This document shows, one piece after another, positions 1-9,527 of a stretch of DNA of 49,318 nucleotides. The position numbers and the translations under genes were made by a program. The notes below the pieces were generated by a model, which saw only the letters and a program-made list of their open reading frames with translations, searched no databases and was not told the origin of the DNA. Location: positions 1 to 49,318 of the IMG/VR virus record IMGVR_UViG_3300023267_000045; one strand, given 5' to 3'. The first letter of the stretch is position 1; each line of letters starts with the position of its first letter. The stretch is from a virus. Taxonomy: Duplodnaviria > Caudoviricetes.

Positions 1-966
1 ATGGCCGACGACAACCTTCCCCGCCCCCGCAATGCCGTCTGGGCCCAGTGGATGCTCGACTGGGACCGGTCCATGCGGGCCGCGAACCTCAGCCCCAACA
101 CCCGCTACATCTACCAACTCGCCGCCGCCCAGCTCGCCGACTTCCTCGACGACTACGCGGCCGACCTCGAAGCCCCACCCGGCACCGCCAAGGCCGCGGC
201 CGACCCCCTGGACACCAAGCGCGCGCACGTCGAGGAGTTCCTCGCCTGGATGACCCGCACCCGGTCCGCGTCCTCCGCCCTGAACAAGTACAAGGGCCTC
301 CAGCAGTTCTTCAAGTACCTCGTCGACGACGAGGAGGAGATGGACCGCTCGCCGCTGGACAAGATCCGGCAGCCGAAGCAGACCCGCAAGCCGGTTCCCG
401 TACTGGCCGACGGCCAGCTGGTGAGCCTGCTCCAAGCCGTCGAAGGCAAGGACTTCCGCTCCCGCCGAGACACCGCCCTTGTGCGGCTCTACCTCGACGC
501 TGGCGCCCGGCTCTCCGAGGTCGTCAACCTGAGCCTCGACGACCTCGATCTCGCGCTGGACGTCGCCAGGGTCGTGGGCAAGGGTGACAAGCACCGCAAC
601 GTCCCGTTCGGCGCGAAGACCGGGCAAGCGCTGTCCCGCTACCTGCGGGCCCGCGCGAAGCACCTGAACGGGCGGCCGTCGACCGCGCTGTGGTTGTCGA
701 CGCGCGGCGCCGGGCCACTCACGGTGTCGGCGGTGAAGACGGTGTTCCGCCGGCGCGGCGTGGAAGCCGGGATCGACGGTCTCCACGCGCACCTGCTGCG
801 CCACAAGGCCGCCCACGACTGGCTCGCCGCAGGCGGCGGGGAGACAGACCTGATGCGGCTGATGGGGTGGTCGAGTCGGGAGATGCTGCGGATCTACGCG
901 GAGTCGGCCGCCGACGACCGCGCGCACGCCGCCCACAAGCGGATGGCCTTGGCAGACCGGCTGTAG
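1..966 (+). CDS. int: Phage tyrosine integrase
   Basis: RRDTALVRLYLDAGARLSE (R), GKGDKHR (K), HAHLLRH (HxxR), MGWSS...RIY (W, Y); N-terminal SAM-like core-binding region. Confidence 0.95.
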   Translation: MADDNLPRPRNAVWAQWMLDWDRSMRAANLSPNTRYIYQLAAAQLADFLDDYAADLEAPPGTAKAAADPLDTKRAHVEEFLAWMTRTRSASSALNKYKGLQQFFKYLVDDEEEMDRSPLDKIRQPKQTRKPVPVLADGQLVSLLQAVEGKDFRSRRDTALVRLYLDAGARLSEVVNLSLDDLDLALDVARVVGKGDKHRNVPFGAKTGQALSRYLRARAKHLNGRPSTALWLSTRGAGPLTVSAVKTVFRRRGVEAGIDGLHAHLLRHKAAHDWLAAGGGETDLMRLMGWSSREMLRIYAESAADDRAHAAHKRMALADRL

Positions 967-996
967 GTGACACGGGAGCGCTGTGCTCGGCTCATG
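967..996 (+). promoter_or_regulatory. GTGACA-N9-(-10) promoter-like motif with leaderless ATG
   Basis: GTGACA(967-972)-9 nt-TGTGCT-6 nt-ATG(994); same geometry as the late-gene motifs. Confidence 0.55.
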
Positions 997-1248
997 GAGA
1001 TGACCCCCGCACAGCGCTCCCTTCGCGCTCGCGTCGCCGCCCACGTCTCGTGGGCCAACACCACCGACGCCACCGCGCGCACCGCCGCAGCCCGCAAAGC
1101 CGCCAACGACCGGTTCGAGAAGCAGGTCGACCCAGAAGGCATCCTCGATCCCACCGAGCGCGCCAGACGAGCCGCCAGCGCCCGCAAGGCCTACTTCCTC
1201 GGGCTCGCCGCCAAGTCCGCCGCCGCGCGACGCCGCAACGCCAGCTAG
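994..1248 (+). CDS. Small basic helical protein of a type often adjacent to actinobacterial integrases
   Basis: MEMTPAQRSLRARVAAHVSWANT...RFEKQVDPEG; start placed at 994 from promoter geometry. Confidence 0.75.
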   Translation: MEMTPAQRSLRARVAAHVSWANTTDATARTAAARKAANDRFEKQVDPEGILDPTERARRAASARKAYFLGLAAKSAAARRRNAS

Positions 1249-1436
1249 CGCGGGCCCACCATCATCCGGCACGCCAAGCACTTCGGGCCGCTGTCGTGGC
1301 GTTCGACCCGGTACGCGAACAGGTTCCGCTGGCACACCGTGGTCAACACCGCTCGGCCGCGACCAAGGCGGGAACGGTGGAAAGCGTGGGCGGCGCCGTC
1401 GCTGGGATCGACCCACCAGACGACGGTCCCCGTCAT
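1245..1436 (-). CDS. Small putative Zn-binding protein (H...C...CxxC)
   Basis: AHAF...TTVCQR...PKCLAC; ATGA-coupled to the upstream ORF. Confidence 0.7.
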   Translation of the reverse strand: MTGTVVWWVDPSDGAAHAFHRSRLGRGRAVLTTVCQRNLFAYRVERHDSGPKCLACRMMVGPR

Positions 1437-1531
1437 GAGCCGGGCCGTCGCCGAGCAGGCCGTCCTAAGACGAACCCGTGTCCCCCCACGGAGGCAGTAA
1501 AGACGAAACCGGCCGGGTGCGCGACGTTCAT
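1433..1531 (-). CDS. Putative 32-aa microprotein MNVAHPAGFVFTASVGGHGFVLGRPARRRPGS
   Basis: ATGA start/stop overlaps at both ends (1528-1531, 1433-1436) fill the operon gap exactly. Confidence 0.5.
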   Translation of the reverse strand: MNVAHPAGFVFTASVGGHGFVLGRPARRRPGS

Positions 1532-1806
1532 TTCGACGTCACCCGATTGGACGCGGCCACACGAGCGGTCCAGTCCTCCAGCTTGTCGGCCTCGCCCGCG
1601 CCGTGTGCGACCAGGCAGTCGAAGCACGCTGGCAGCCGGTACCCGTCCAGCGTCCGGAACGCCATCACCTCGCGGCCGCACAGTGCGGTGAGCACGCCCT
1701 CTTTGTCCGGCTCGACCGGCTCAAGGAACTGGTGCGCCTTCTCCTGGCCAAGGCCTTCGACGAACAGCCAGCGGTAGCCAGCCTTCGCGGCTGGCGTCCC
1801 GATCAC
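1528..1806 (-). CDS. Small putative Zn-binding protein
   Basis: KAHQF...TALCG...PACFDC; GTG start overlaps the stop of 1803..2114. Confidence 0.7.
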   Translation of the reverse strand: MIGTPAAKAGYRWLFVEGLGQEKAHQFLEPVEPDKEGVLTALCGREVMAFRTLDGYRLPACFDCLVAHGAGEADKLEDWTARVAASNRVTSK

Positions 1807-2114
1807 GACGCGACCTTCGCGTGGCGGCCGGTGGAAGTGGTGTGCCCGGAGGCCGCCGGGGGGATCGGCTGATCCGGGCACACCACACGCCGACGCTGCG
1901 CAGGGACGGGGAGCGTCTCCTGCGCGGCACCGGCAGTTCGGGGGCGGGAACGCTGGAAGGCCCGCGCGTCCTGGCCGCCGTTGACGACGCGCACCCGCTC
2001 GGCAATCGCCCGGAACCGGGCACGTCTCGCTCGCTGCTGCTCCCGACGAACCAGCACGCCGGTCCACACCAGGACGACGAGCGCTAAGACACCGATCACA
2101 GCGAGCACGGACAC
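1803..2114 (-). CDS. Membrane-anchored hypothetical protein
   Basis: N-terminal hydrophobic helix then Arg-rich segment; GGAGG RBS. Confidence 0.7.
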   Translation of the reverse strand: MSVLAVIGVLALVVLVWTGVLVRREQQRARRARFRAIAERVRVVNGGQDARAFQRSRPRTAGAAQETLPVPAQRRRVVCPDQPIPPAASGHTTSTGRHAKVAS

Positions 2115-2229
2115 GAGGCACCTCCAGGCAACCCAGGGGGACCCGCCCCGCGCCGGGCAACTGTGACTGCGGACGCGGGACGGGCGCCCTCCCGCACACC
2201 TGCGGTGTGCTACTGGGCTCCTTCACGGT

Positions 2230-2249
2230 AAACCTTCACGTGAAGGTTT
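2230..2249. promoter_or_regulatory. Perfect 20-bp palindrome, candidate Xre operator
   Basis: AAACCTTCAC|GTGAAGGTTT between divergent genes, with an extra CCTTCACG half-site at 2220-2227. Confidence 0.6.
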
Positions 2250-2333
2250 CACAGTGCCCCAATGGAGGGAACTGCGGGCTCGCCTCGGTGATGCACACTG
2301 GGTCACCGCGATCATCGAGGAGAGCAGAGCAGC

Positions 2334-3176
2334 ATGGGAGACAGCCCCACCCTCTACAAGCAGGAGCTCGGCGGCGCGCTCCAGCGGTTCCGGGAACGCG
2401 CTGGCCTTGAGCGCGCAGACGCCGCGGCAACGCTCTCTTGCTCAACGGCGAAGATCCGCACCATCGAGGTCGGCGCCGTCGGCGTCCGCCCCGCCGAGCT
2501 GCGAGACCTGCTCGACCGGTACGGGGTGGCAGGGGAAGAACGCGCCGCCGTCGAACACCTTGCCGAGCTGGCACGCCAGCGCAAGCCACGCACCCCGTGG
2601 GGCTCCGCCATCCCGGACCGGTTGCGCCGGTTCTTCGCCACCGAGGAGACCGCCGTCGGGATCCAGGTCTACCAGCCATGGCTCTTCCACGGCCTGGTCC
2701 AGACCGAGCGGTACGCGCACGCCGTTCTCAGCACCAACTCGTCGTTGAGCGCCCAAGACGTCGCCCGCCTCGTTCAAGCGCGTATGGCACGGCAGGCCCG
2801 CCTCTCCTCCGAACATCCGCCCTCCCTGCAACTCGTCCTCGACGAGCAGGTGCTGCACCGGACAACGGGCGACCCCGAGGTGATGCGCGAGCAGCTGGAG
2901 CACCTGGCCAAGGTCGGCCGGTCCGGGACCGCCGAAGTCCGCGTCATCCCGACCGCTGTCGGCCTGCACCCCGGCAGCGGCATCCCGTTCCTGGTCCTCA
3001 CCCCAGCGGGCGACCGCGAACGCGTCGTGTACGTGGAGACCTACACCGACGGCCTGTTCGTCGACGAGCCCGAGCGGGTCGAGCGCCACGAGGCCGCGAT
3101 GCGAGAGATGCTCGCCCTCGCGCTGTCACACGAAGACTCGTTGTCGCTGGTGGATACGGTGAGCAGGCAACTGTGA
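2334..3176 (+). CDS. XRE-family HTH regulator with DUF5753 domain
   Basis: LQRFRERAGL...KIRTIEVG HTH; GLVQTERYA, RMARQARL, LVLDEQVL, VMREQLEHL, VVYVE motifs; 280 aa. Confidence 0.92.
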   Translation: MGDSPTLYKQELGGALQRFRERAGLERADAAATLSCSTAKIRTIEVGAVGVRPAELRDLLDRYGVAGEERAAVEHLAELARQRKPRTPWGSAIPDRLRRFFATEETAVGIQVYQPWLFHGLVQTERYAHAVLSTNSSLSAQDVARLVQARMARQARLSSEHPPSLQLVLDEQVLHRTTGDPEVMREQLEHLAKVGRSGTAEVRVIPTAVGLHPGSGIPFLVLTPAGDRERVVYVETYTDGLFVDEPERVERHEAAMREMLALALSHEDSLSLVDTVSRQL

Positions 3177-3196
3177 CTGCAACCTAGGAGCACGAC

Positions 3197-3397
3197 ATGG
3201 ACTCGATTTTGAAGGGGGCGACGTGGCGGAAGAGCAGCCGGTCAGGTAACTCCGGTGGCTCGTGCGTGGAGCTGGCGTGCGCGGGTGAGGTCCGCGGCAT
3301 CCGGGACTCGAAGAATCCCACCGCCAGCGCGCTCATCCTCAACCGGCAAGACGTCGACCGGTTCCTCGCCGCGGTCAAGGCCGGAAAGCTCGGCTGA
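3197..3397 (+). CDS. DUF397 protein, partner of the Xre
   Basis: WRKSSRS...SCVELA...IRDSKNP...FLAAVK signature. Confidence 0.95.
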   Translation: MDSILKGATWRKSSRSGNSGGSCVELACAGEVRGIRDSKNPTASALILNRQDVDRFLAAVKAGKLG

Positions 3398-3410
3398 CCC
3401 CGCACAGCAC

Positions 3411-3445
3411 ACGGCCCCCGGCGCACGCTACGTGCCGGGGGCCGT
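3411..3445. terminator. Hairpin between convergent genes, probably bidirectional terminator
   Basis: ACGGCCCCCGGC...GCCGGGGGCCGT. Confidence 0.75.
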
Positions 3446-3455
3446 TCGCTGAGGT

Positions 3456-4484
3456 CTACCAGAGCGGGGTCACCGACGCGGCGAAGTAGTTCGCCAGCGT
3501 CGTCCAGCGGATCACGCCGCTGCCGACGTTGTTCCGGATCGTGAAGTACCACGTCGTCGACGCCCCCGCAGCCACCGTCAACGGCCGGGTCTCGGGCAGA
3601 AGCAGCGCCGCGTCCAGCGCGCCGCGCGCGAACGCCGACCCCTCCGCCCGGATCGTGCCCGACGACGCGTTCGCCTCCCGGATCCAGCCCTCGACGTAGT
3701 TGTCGCTACCGAGGCTCTCCACCTGGCAGCGTGCCGTGAACCGGATCTGGTACGCGTAGCCAAGGTCCGGCACGGTCAGGCTCGCGACGGTGAACTGGGT
3801 GCCGCTGGACGGGTTGCTCGTGGCGGGGCTTCCGGTCGAGGTGTTCGTGCCCGCGTACTGGCGCGGCCGGGTGCCGACCCACGTCCCGCCAAGCCGCAGC
3901 AGCCGGTCCTTCGTGTCCGTCTGCAACCACTCGTCGCCGTTCTGGAACCCCGCCACCCCCGCGACCGCAGCGCCCGTCGACGGGCCGACGTAGAGACGGC
4001 CGCCGATGAACATCCGCTCGTGCACGAGGTTCGAGTAGTTCTGGGCGCTGGCCGAGCCGGGACAGGTCGCCCGGTACAACGGTAGGTGGATCACCGTGCT
4101 GGTGTCCGGCATCGCCGGGGACGTCGGCGACGCCGCCGGGGTGCCCTCCACGATCACCGCGACGCACGTGTTCGCGGTGGTGTCGAGCTTCAGCGCGAGG
4201 CGGTCGATCCGCGGGTTGCTGTTCAGGTTCGTCGACGCCATCTTGTTCAGCGTCGCGTCGTTCGTGTACTTGATGCCCGACAGGAACGCCTCACCCGCGG
4301 CCATCTGGAAGATGCCGCCCGCACCGCCCGAGCCGAGCGTGGTCAGCAGGCTCGTGTCAGCAGCGTCCCGAGTGGACGCCCCGATCACCCCCGAGGCCAG
4401 GAACCGGGACGCCATCGCCCGCCACGCGGCCTCATCGACCGCGGTACCGGCGCCTGCGTCGAACGGGTAACTGGTCTCCGCCAT
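3456..4484 (-). CDS. Minor tail / receptor-binding protein
   Basis: Last gene of the tail operon; MAETSYPFD N-terminus, PRIDRLAL...EGTPAASP motif; beta-rich C-terminus. Confidence 0.75.
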   Translation of the reverse strand: MAETSYPFDAGAGTAVDEAAWRAMASRFLASGVIGASTRDAADTSLLTTLGSGGAGGIFQMAAGEAFLSGIKYTNDATLNKMASTNLNSNPRIDRLALKLDTTANTCVAVIVEGTPAASPTSPAMPDTSTVIHLPLYRATCPGSASAQNYSNLVHERMFIGGRLYVGPSTGAAVAGVAGFQNGDEWLQTDTKDRLLRLGGTWVGTRPRQYAGTNTSTGSPATSNPSSGTQFTVASLTVPDLGYAYQIRFTARCQVESLGSDNYVEGWIREANASSGTIRAEGSAFARGALDAALLLPETRPLTVAAGASTTWYFTIRNNVGSGVIRWTTLANYFAASVTPLW

Positions 4485-4512
4485 ACCCCGCAGGCTGGTG
4501 CCGGGGTGTCAC

Positions 4513-5697
4513 TCAGCGGCGTTCGAGGCGGCTCACCCGGAGTAGCAGGTCGGCCACCTGCTGGTTGGACCTGGCCATGACCCCGGACCGGACGGACAAC
4601 GTCCCGATCTTCGGGATCACCGTGACGAGCTTCCGTGACGGGTCGCGGTCGATCGTGATCTCCGTTTCCAGGATCGGCGCGGGCAGCAGCAGCCCGGTCC
4701 CGGCCCCGACCTCGACGAGCACCTTGTCGCCGTTGCGGTAGTCGACGCCGTACCGCAGCCGGTCCGTGTCGACCGGCACCACGTCGACCTGCTCCACCGC
4801 TGCGGAGTCCGCGAGCCGCTTCGCCGTGCCCGCGGTGAGTTCCACGCCGCTGTCGACGTCGCTGGCCGCCCGGTAGTCGTAGAACGCCTCGATCCGTCTC
4901 CACGCGGCCTTCTGGACCGCGTTCTCCTGGAGGATGAACTGGCGGGCCGTCTCCTCGCCGCGGCCACCGCCGATCACCACCGTCGCGGTCGGCGCGGTCA
5001 GCTTGTAGGTCAGCTGCTTCAGGTTGCCCAGCCCGACCGAAAACCGGGCCTGGCTCGTCCGGTCCACCACGCTGGCCACCCGCAGGGTCCGCGCGCCGGA
5101 GGTGGTCGAGGTGACCCGCACCGCGATCCCGGCCTGCTCGGCGAGCGGGCGCACGATCTCCTCCAGCAGCGGCGCGAACCGGGCCTTCCCGGACACCGTG
5201 CCGCCGACGAGCGGGTCGGCGATGTTGGTGTTGAACGCGGGCGTCACCCGGCTAGGGATGGCGAGGTGGCCGACGTTGCGGGCGATGTAGGCCAGCACCA
5301 CCGTCGACCCGACACCGGTCCGGACGTCGTAGGCCTGCGCGCCCTGCGATGTCGCCAGGTTCGCCGGGTCCGGGTAGGCCAGCCCCTCGTTGATGACGCA
5401 CATGTCGTCCGGCCCCGACAGCGTGATCATCGGCGCGGCGCGGCCCTCCGACTGGCCGATGCTGATCTCGACGTCGTCCACCGGGCCCCCGTAGCCGGGC
5501 TCCGGGCCGCCGTCGAACACCATCCGCCAGCCAGCCCAGTTCCGGGCCGTGTTCGCCGTCAGCACCGCCGTCAGCGACCACCGACCCACCCGCAGGTGCC
5601 GCGGGATCAGCACGGCTTTCCGGTACAGGATCGGCGCCCGCCGCTGCCCCGACGGGTCGATCGGGTACGCGATCGACGCGTCGTTGACCCCTACCAC
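4513..5697 (-). CDS. Minor tail protein (ReqiPepy6 Gp37-like)
   Basis: Follows Dit; VGRWSLT, ARFAPL, GGRGEETAR, RYGVDYRNGDKV motifs; start reassigned to GTG 5697. Confidence 0.85.
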   Translation of the reverse strand: MVGVNDASIAYPIDPSGQRRAPILYRKAVLIPRHLRVGRWSLTAVLTANTARNWAGWRMVFDGGPEPGYGGPVDDVEISIGQSEGRAAPMITLSGPDDMCVINEGLAYPDPANLATSQGAQAYDVRTGVGSTVVLAYIARNVGHLAIPSRVTPAFNTNIADPLVGGTVSGKARFAPLLEEIVRPLAEQAGIAVRVTSTTSGARTLRVASVVDRTSQARFSVGLGNLKQLTYKLTAPTATVVIGGGRGEETARQFILQENAVQKAAWRRIEAFYDYRAASDVDSGVELTAGTAKRLADSAAVEQVDVVPVDTDRLRYGVDYRNGDKVLVEVGAGTGLLLPAPILETEITIDRDPSRKLVTVIPKIGTLSVRSGVMARSNQQVADLLLRVSRLERR

Positions 5698-6596
5698 GGC
5701 GAGCCGAACTTCTCGAAGTACTCGAGGTCGATCCGCGACCCGCCCGACGCGCCGGTGAGCGTGAGCGACACCGCTGTCGTGCCCGGCGGGATGGCCCACA
5801 GCGTGCTGCCGTCGGCCAAGTTCGGCCACCAGTCGTCGCCGGACGGCTGCAAGCTGATGGACCCGTTGGCCGGGTCGGTGACGATCGTGAGCACCTGGCC
5901 GACCGGGATCGTCCCGTTCACCCTGCACGTCTCGCCCGATGCGGGGTTCGTGAGGATCAGCGCGCTGCCGGGCCCGGTCACCCGCCACGTCCCGTACGCG
6001 TCCTCCGTGCCGTCGTTGACGATCGTGGCCGCGCCGATCACCTGCGTGGCGGAGATGTTCAACGGCAGGAACGGGTTCCCGAGGAACGGGGTCGGGTTGG
6101 AGAACACCCACGACAGCGTCTTCGCGTCGGACGCGTACCAGTACGGGTCCCCGGCGAAGAGTTGAAGCTGGAAGCGCACCCAGTTCGTATCGCCACCGGA
6201 CTCGACGGTCTCGTCGTCCGGCAGGCCACCCGCGTAGTTGCAGCGCACCCGGAACTTCCGGCCGTCGCCCTGCGCCAGCTCCAGCTCGCCGAGCGCGATC
6301 AACCTGCCTGGCTTACGGGTCCGCATCGCCGCCTGCAGGCTGGCGAGCTTCGCCAGCATCTCCTCGCGGGTCGCACCCCACAGCATGATCGGCAGCATCA
6401 CCGTGCGGGGCAGCGCGAAGTCGTCGTCGACGTTCGTGCCGTCGACCCACGGCGACTCCTCCGTGACCAGCTGGCGACGTACCGCACCCAGCCCGCGCGA
6501 GCCCTTCTCCACCCTGTACCCGGCACCTCGGTCGGTGAAGATGATCGGCGCTATCCCGGTGTGCGCGGGCGGGAACCAGGTCAGCTGCCTAGCCAT
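5691..6596 (-). CDS. Distal tail (Dit-like) protein
   Basis: Directly after the tape measure; FAGDPYWY, IVNDGTEDAY...VTGP motifs. Confidence 0.85.
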   Translation of the reverse strand: MARQLTWFPPAHTGIAPIIFTDRGAGYRVEKGSRGLGAVRRQLVTEESPWVDGTNVDDDFALPRTVMLPIMLWGATREEMLAKLASLQAAMRTRKPGRLIALGELELAQGDGRKFRVRCNYAGGLPDDETVESGGDTNWVRFQLQLFAGDPYWYASDAKTLSWVFSNPTPFLGNPFLPLNISATQVIGAATIVNDGTEDAYGTWRVTGPGSALILTNPASGETCRVNGTIPVGQVLTIVTDPANGSISLQPSGDDWWPNLADGSTLWAIPPGTTAVSLTLTGASGGSRIDLEYFEKFGSPW

Positions 6597-9504
6597 ACAG
6601 CACCTCCGCGTCGTGAAGCACGTCGACGAGCTGCTGCGGAGTCGGCAGCGACTTGATCGCGTTCAACGTGATCTTGTAAATCTTCGTGATCCCGGCGCCG
6701 CCCGCGCTGCCGCCCGCCGCGTTGGACGAGGAGTCCGGGATGCGCGCGGACGGGATCGACGGGTGGGCCATGTTCAGCGCGCCGGCCTTCGGCCCCATCG
6801 ACTCGGGCATCTTCACGTCGCCACCGTTCGCGGCGTTGATCATCTCCAGCCACGGCCCCCACTTCGCGGCCGCACGCCGGTTGACGACGAACTCCTTGCT
6901 GGTCAACGGCACCATGCGGTCGTCCTCGTCAGGCCCGTTGCCCGGCACCCAACCGCCGTCGTTCATGCCGCCCACGCCGTTGCTCATCGCGACCCTGGCG
7001 TCGTTGCTCATCACCGCGTTGATCCACAGCGTCTTGCTGAGCACCTGCGCCGCGTTCACCTGGGCGATCTTCGCCATCGCGTCGGAGTTGTTGCCGTCCA
7101 GCAAGATCGTCTTGCCGTCCGGCATCGTCAGCACGGCCTGGCCGGTCTCGTTGACCTTCACCGTGACGCCCATCGCCGCCAGCGCCGCGCCGTCCATCCC
7201 GGCGATCATCTTCTGGAGCGCGGCGGGCGCGTTCTCCCCAGCCGCCGCAGCCAGGCGCAGGATCTCCCCGTACTGGGCCTGCGTCACCGCCGTGGTGATC
7301 TCGGCCGCGGTCTTGTTCGCGTTCTCCGCCCGGACCTTCTCGCCGAGCGCCCCGACCGTGGCCAACACCTGCTGCTGGTACTGGTTGTCCGCCGTCCGCG
7401 CCTCCAGCGAGGTCGGCCCATGCTCCCGGATCGCGGTGTCCAGGTTCTTCTGCGCCGACTCCAACGACAGCAGCGCAGCGTCGTACCCCAGGCTCGCGCC
7501 GGTGGCTTGGAGCTGCATCGCCATGTTCTCGTTGATGCGGTCCGTGTGGGACTTGACCGCGTCCGCGGCGGCCCGCGACGCAGCCTCCTGCTTTGCCACC
7601 GCGGCCCGGTACGCCTCACCGGCAGCGGTCGCCTGCGGGGACTTCTCGCCGTACGTGGCGATCGCCAGGTTCAGCTTGGCCTGCGCCTGCTCCACCGGGC
7701 CGACCGACGCCAGGTACTCGTCCCACTTCTGCCGGGCACGGTCGACGTTCTCCTGCATCGCGAAGATTTCGTCGTTCATCCGGCCGCCGATGGCGTCGTC
7801 GCCACCAAGCTGCCGTGCCTCGTCGGTCGCGTTCCAGGCGTCCCGCGCCGCTGTCAACTCGGCGAGGCTCTTCTGGAGCGCCGAGTAGTCAGCGATCGCC
7901 TTGTCCGCCGCCGCGCCGCCCTTGACGATGCCCGCTACGAACTTGTCAGCCCCGTCGTTGATCTTCTGCTGCTCCAGGTAGTACGCGCCCAGCAGCACGC
8001 CCGCCGTGGCCAACCCGATGCCGAGCGGTGAGAGCGCGGCACCCAACGCGCCCGCGCCCGCCGCCGCGCCCGTCGCGCCCAGGCCGAGCCTGGACAGCAC
8101 GCCGCCTGCGGGGGCCGCGGCCGCGATCGACGAGGTGAGGGCGCTCGTCAGCGGGATCTTGGAGACCAGCGCGATCGCGGCGGCGTACACCTTCCACGCC
8201 GCGGCCGCCGTGAGGATGATCCCGACACCGGCGCCCAGCTCCTCGGCGATCGGCGCGATGACGTCCAGCACGTCCTCGACCACGTCGAGGACCACCCCGA
8301 ACGCCGACCCCAGCACCGGCAGCGCCCCGTCGGCCAACTTGGTGACGACGTCCACGAGCTTCTGCCACACGCGGGCGAAGTCGTCAGCGTGCGGCGCGAA
8401 GTTGGTGGAGAGGCTCTGGAGCAGGGTCCCGACCCCGCCGAGGGTGCTGCGCAGCACGTCGCCGAACATCGCGACGTTCTTGCCGGTCGACTCGGTGTCG
8501 GTGGAGATGTTGCGGAAGAAGTCGCCGAAGCCCTGGCCGGTTTCGGACAGGAACTTGCGCCACCCCACCATCACCGGCTCGGAGCGGGACACCGCCGTGG
8601 CCATGCCGGGCACGGCGTTCTCCGCGAACTCGGTTACCCCGCGGGTCAGCTCGCGCACAGCGGGCTGGGAGTCCTTGAAGATCGCGTTCATCGCGGGGCG
8701 GAGCTTGTACCAGGACGCGGCCAGCGTGTCCGACGCCCGAACGAGGTCGTCCTCCAGCGGCGCGGCCATCGACCGGGCCTCGGACACCACCCCGTCCGCG
8801 AGGTCGGAGAAGCTGTCGGCGACCTTCTGGTTCGACGACAGCAGCACTGCTGCGGCCGCCACCGCCATCACTGGCAGGGCGCCCACCGCCGCACCGGCTG
8901 CGAGCCCGCCAGCGAGCATCACGGCGTTCGACAGCAGGAACGCGCCAGCGAGCTTGCCGAGCGCGCTGGCGTGCCCGTCCGCCGCCTTGGCCGCGTCGTC
9001 GTGCGACTTCGCGGACTCCGCTGTGGCCTCGACAGCTACCTCGGTGCTGGCCGCTACCTTCGCGTTGGCGTCGGCGAGCCGCTCAGTGAGCGTTGCCGTG
9101 CGCTGCTGCGCCTGCGCGAGACCCCGCTGAGCCGCCGCGAGCCGCTCGTCCGCTGCCGCCAGCTGGACGGCGGAGGCCTTGCTGTTGTCCCGAATCGCGT
9201 CCAGCTGCGCCTGCGCGACCCGTACCCGGCCGATCGCGGTGGCCTCGGCGTCACCGGCCTTGTTGACCTGGACCTGGAGGTCAGCGGCGGTCTTCTTCAG
9301 CTTGTCGGACAGGCCCGCCTGGGCGGCCTCGGCGCGGGCGATCGCGGCGACGAACGGCTTCTCGTTCGCGTCGATGTCCGGCTTCTGCCGTTCGACGTCG
9401 GCCTTGAGGGTTTTGGCGTCGGCGCGGGTCTCCCGGCTCTTGGCCATGTACTCCGCGTTCTCCGCGGTGATGATGGCCTTGATGTGGCCGGTCGTGGTCG
9501 ACAC
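6589..9504 (-). CDS. Tape measure protein
   Basis: 971 aa, Ala-rich helical, hydrophobic segments, C-terminal DGGWVPG...EFVVN motif; follows the chaperones. Confidence 0.92.
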   Translation of the reverse strand: MSTTTGHIKAIITAENAEYMAKSRETRADAKTLKADVERQKPDIDANEKPFVAAIARAEAAQAGLSDKLKKTAADLQVQVNKAGDAEATAIGRVRVAQAQLDAIRDNSKASAVQLAAADERLAAAQRGLAQAQQRTATLTERLADANAKVAASTEVAVEATAESAKSHDDAAKAADGHASALGKLAGAFLLSNAVMLAGGLAAGAAVGALPVMAVAAAAVLLSSNQKVADSFSDLADGVVSEARSMAAPLEDDLVRASDTLAASWYKLRPAMNAIFKDSQPAVRELTRGVTEFAENAVPGMATAVSRSEPVMVGWRKFLSETGQGFGDFFRNISTDTESTGKNVAMFGDVLRSTLGGVGTLLQSLSTNFAPHADDFARVWQKLVDVVTKLADGALPVLGSAFGVVLDVVEDVLDVIAPIAEELGAGVGIILTAAAAWKVYAAAIALVSKIPLTSALTSSIAAAAPAGGVLSRLGLGATGAAAGAGALGAALSPLGIGLATAGVLLGAYYLEQQKINDGADKFVAGIVKGGAAADKAIADYSALQKSLAELTAARDAWNATDEARQLGGDDAIGGRMNDEIFAMQENVDRARQKWDEYLASVGPVEQAQAKLNLAIATYGEKSPQATAAGEAYRAAVAKQEAASRAAADAVKSHTDRINENMAMQLQATGASLGYDAALLSLESAQKNLDTAIREHGPTSLEARTADNQYQQQVLATVGALGEKVRAENANKTAAEITTAVTQAQYGEILRLAAAAGENAPAALQKMIAGMDGAALAAMGVTVKVNETGQAVLTMPDGKTILLDGNNSDAMAKIAQVNAAQVLSKTLWINAVMSNDARVAMSNGVGGMNDGGWVPGNGPDEDDRMVPLTSKEFVVNRRAAAKWGPWLEMINAANGGDVKMPESMGPKAGALNMAHPSIPSARIPDSSSNAAGGSAGGAGITKIYKITLNAIKSLPTPQQLVDVLHDAEVLYG

Positions 9505-9527
9505 GGGCTAACGATCAGCGGAAGGTG

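Noticed and set aside
1-966. Trp in place of the second catalytic His in the phage integrase
   Set aside because: H/W variation at this position is established in tyrosine recombinases.
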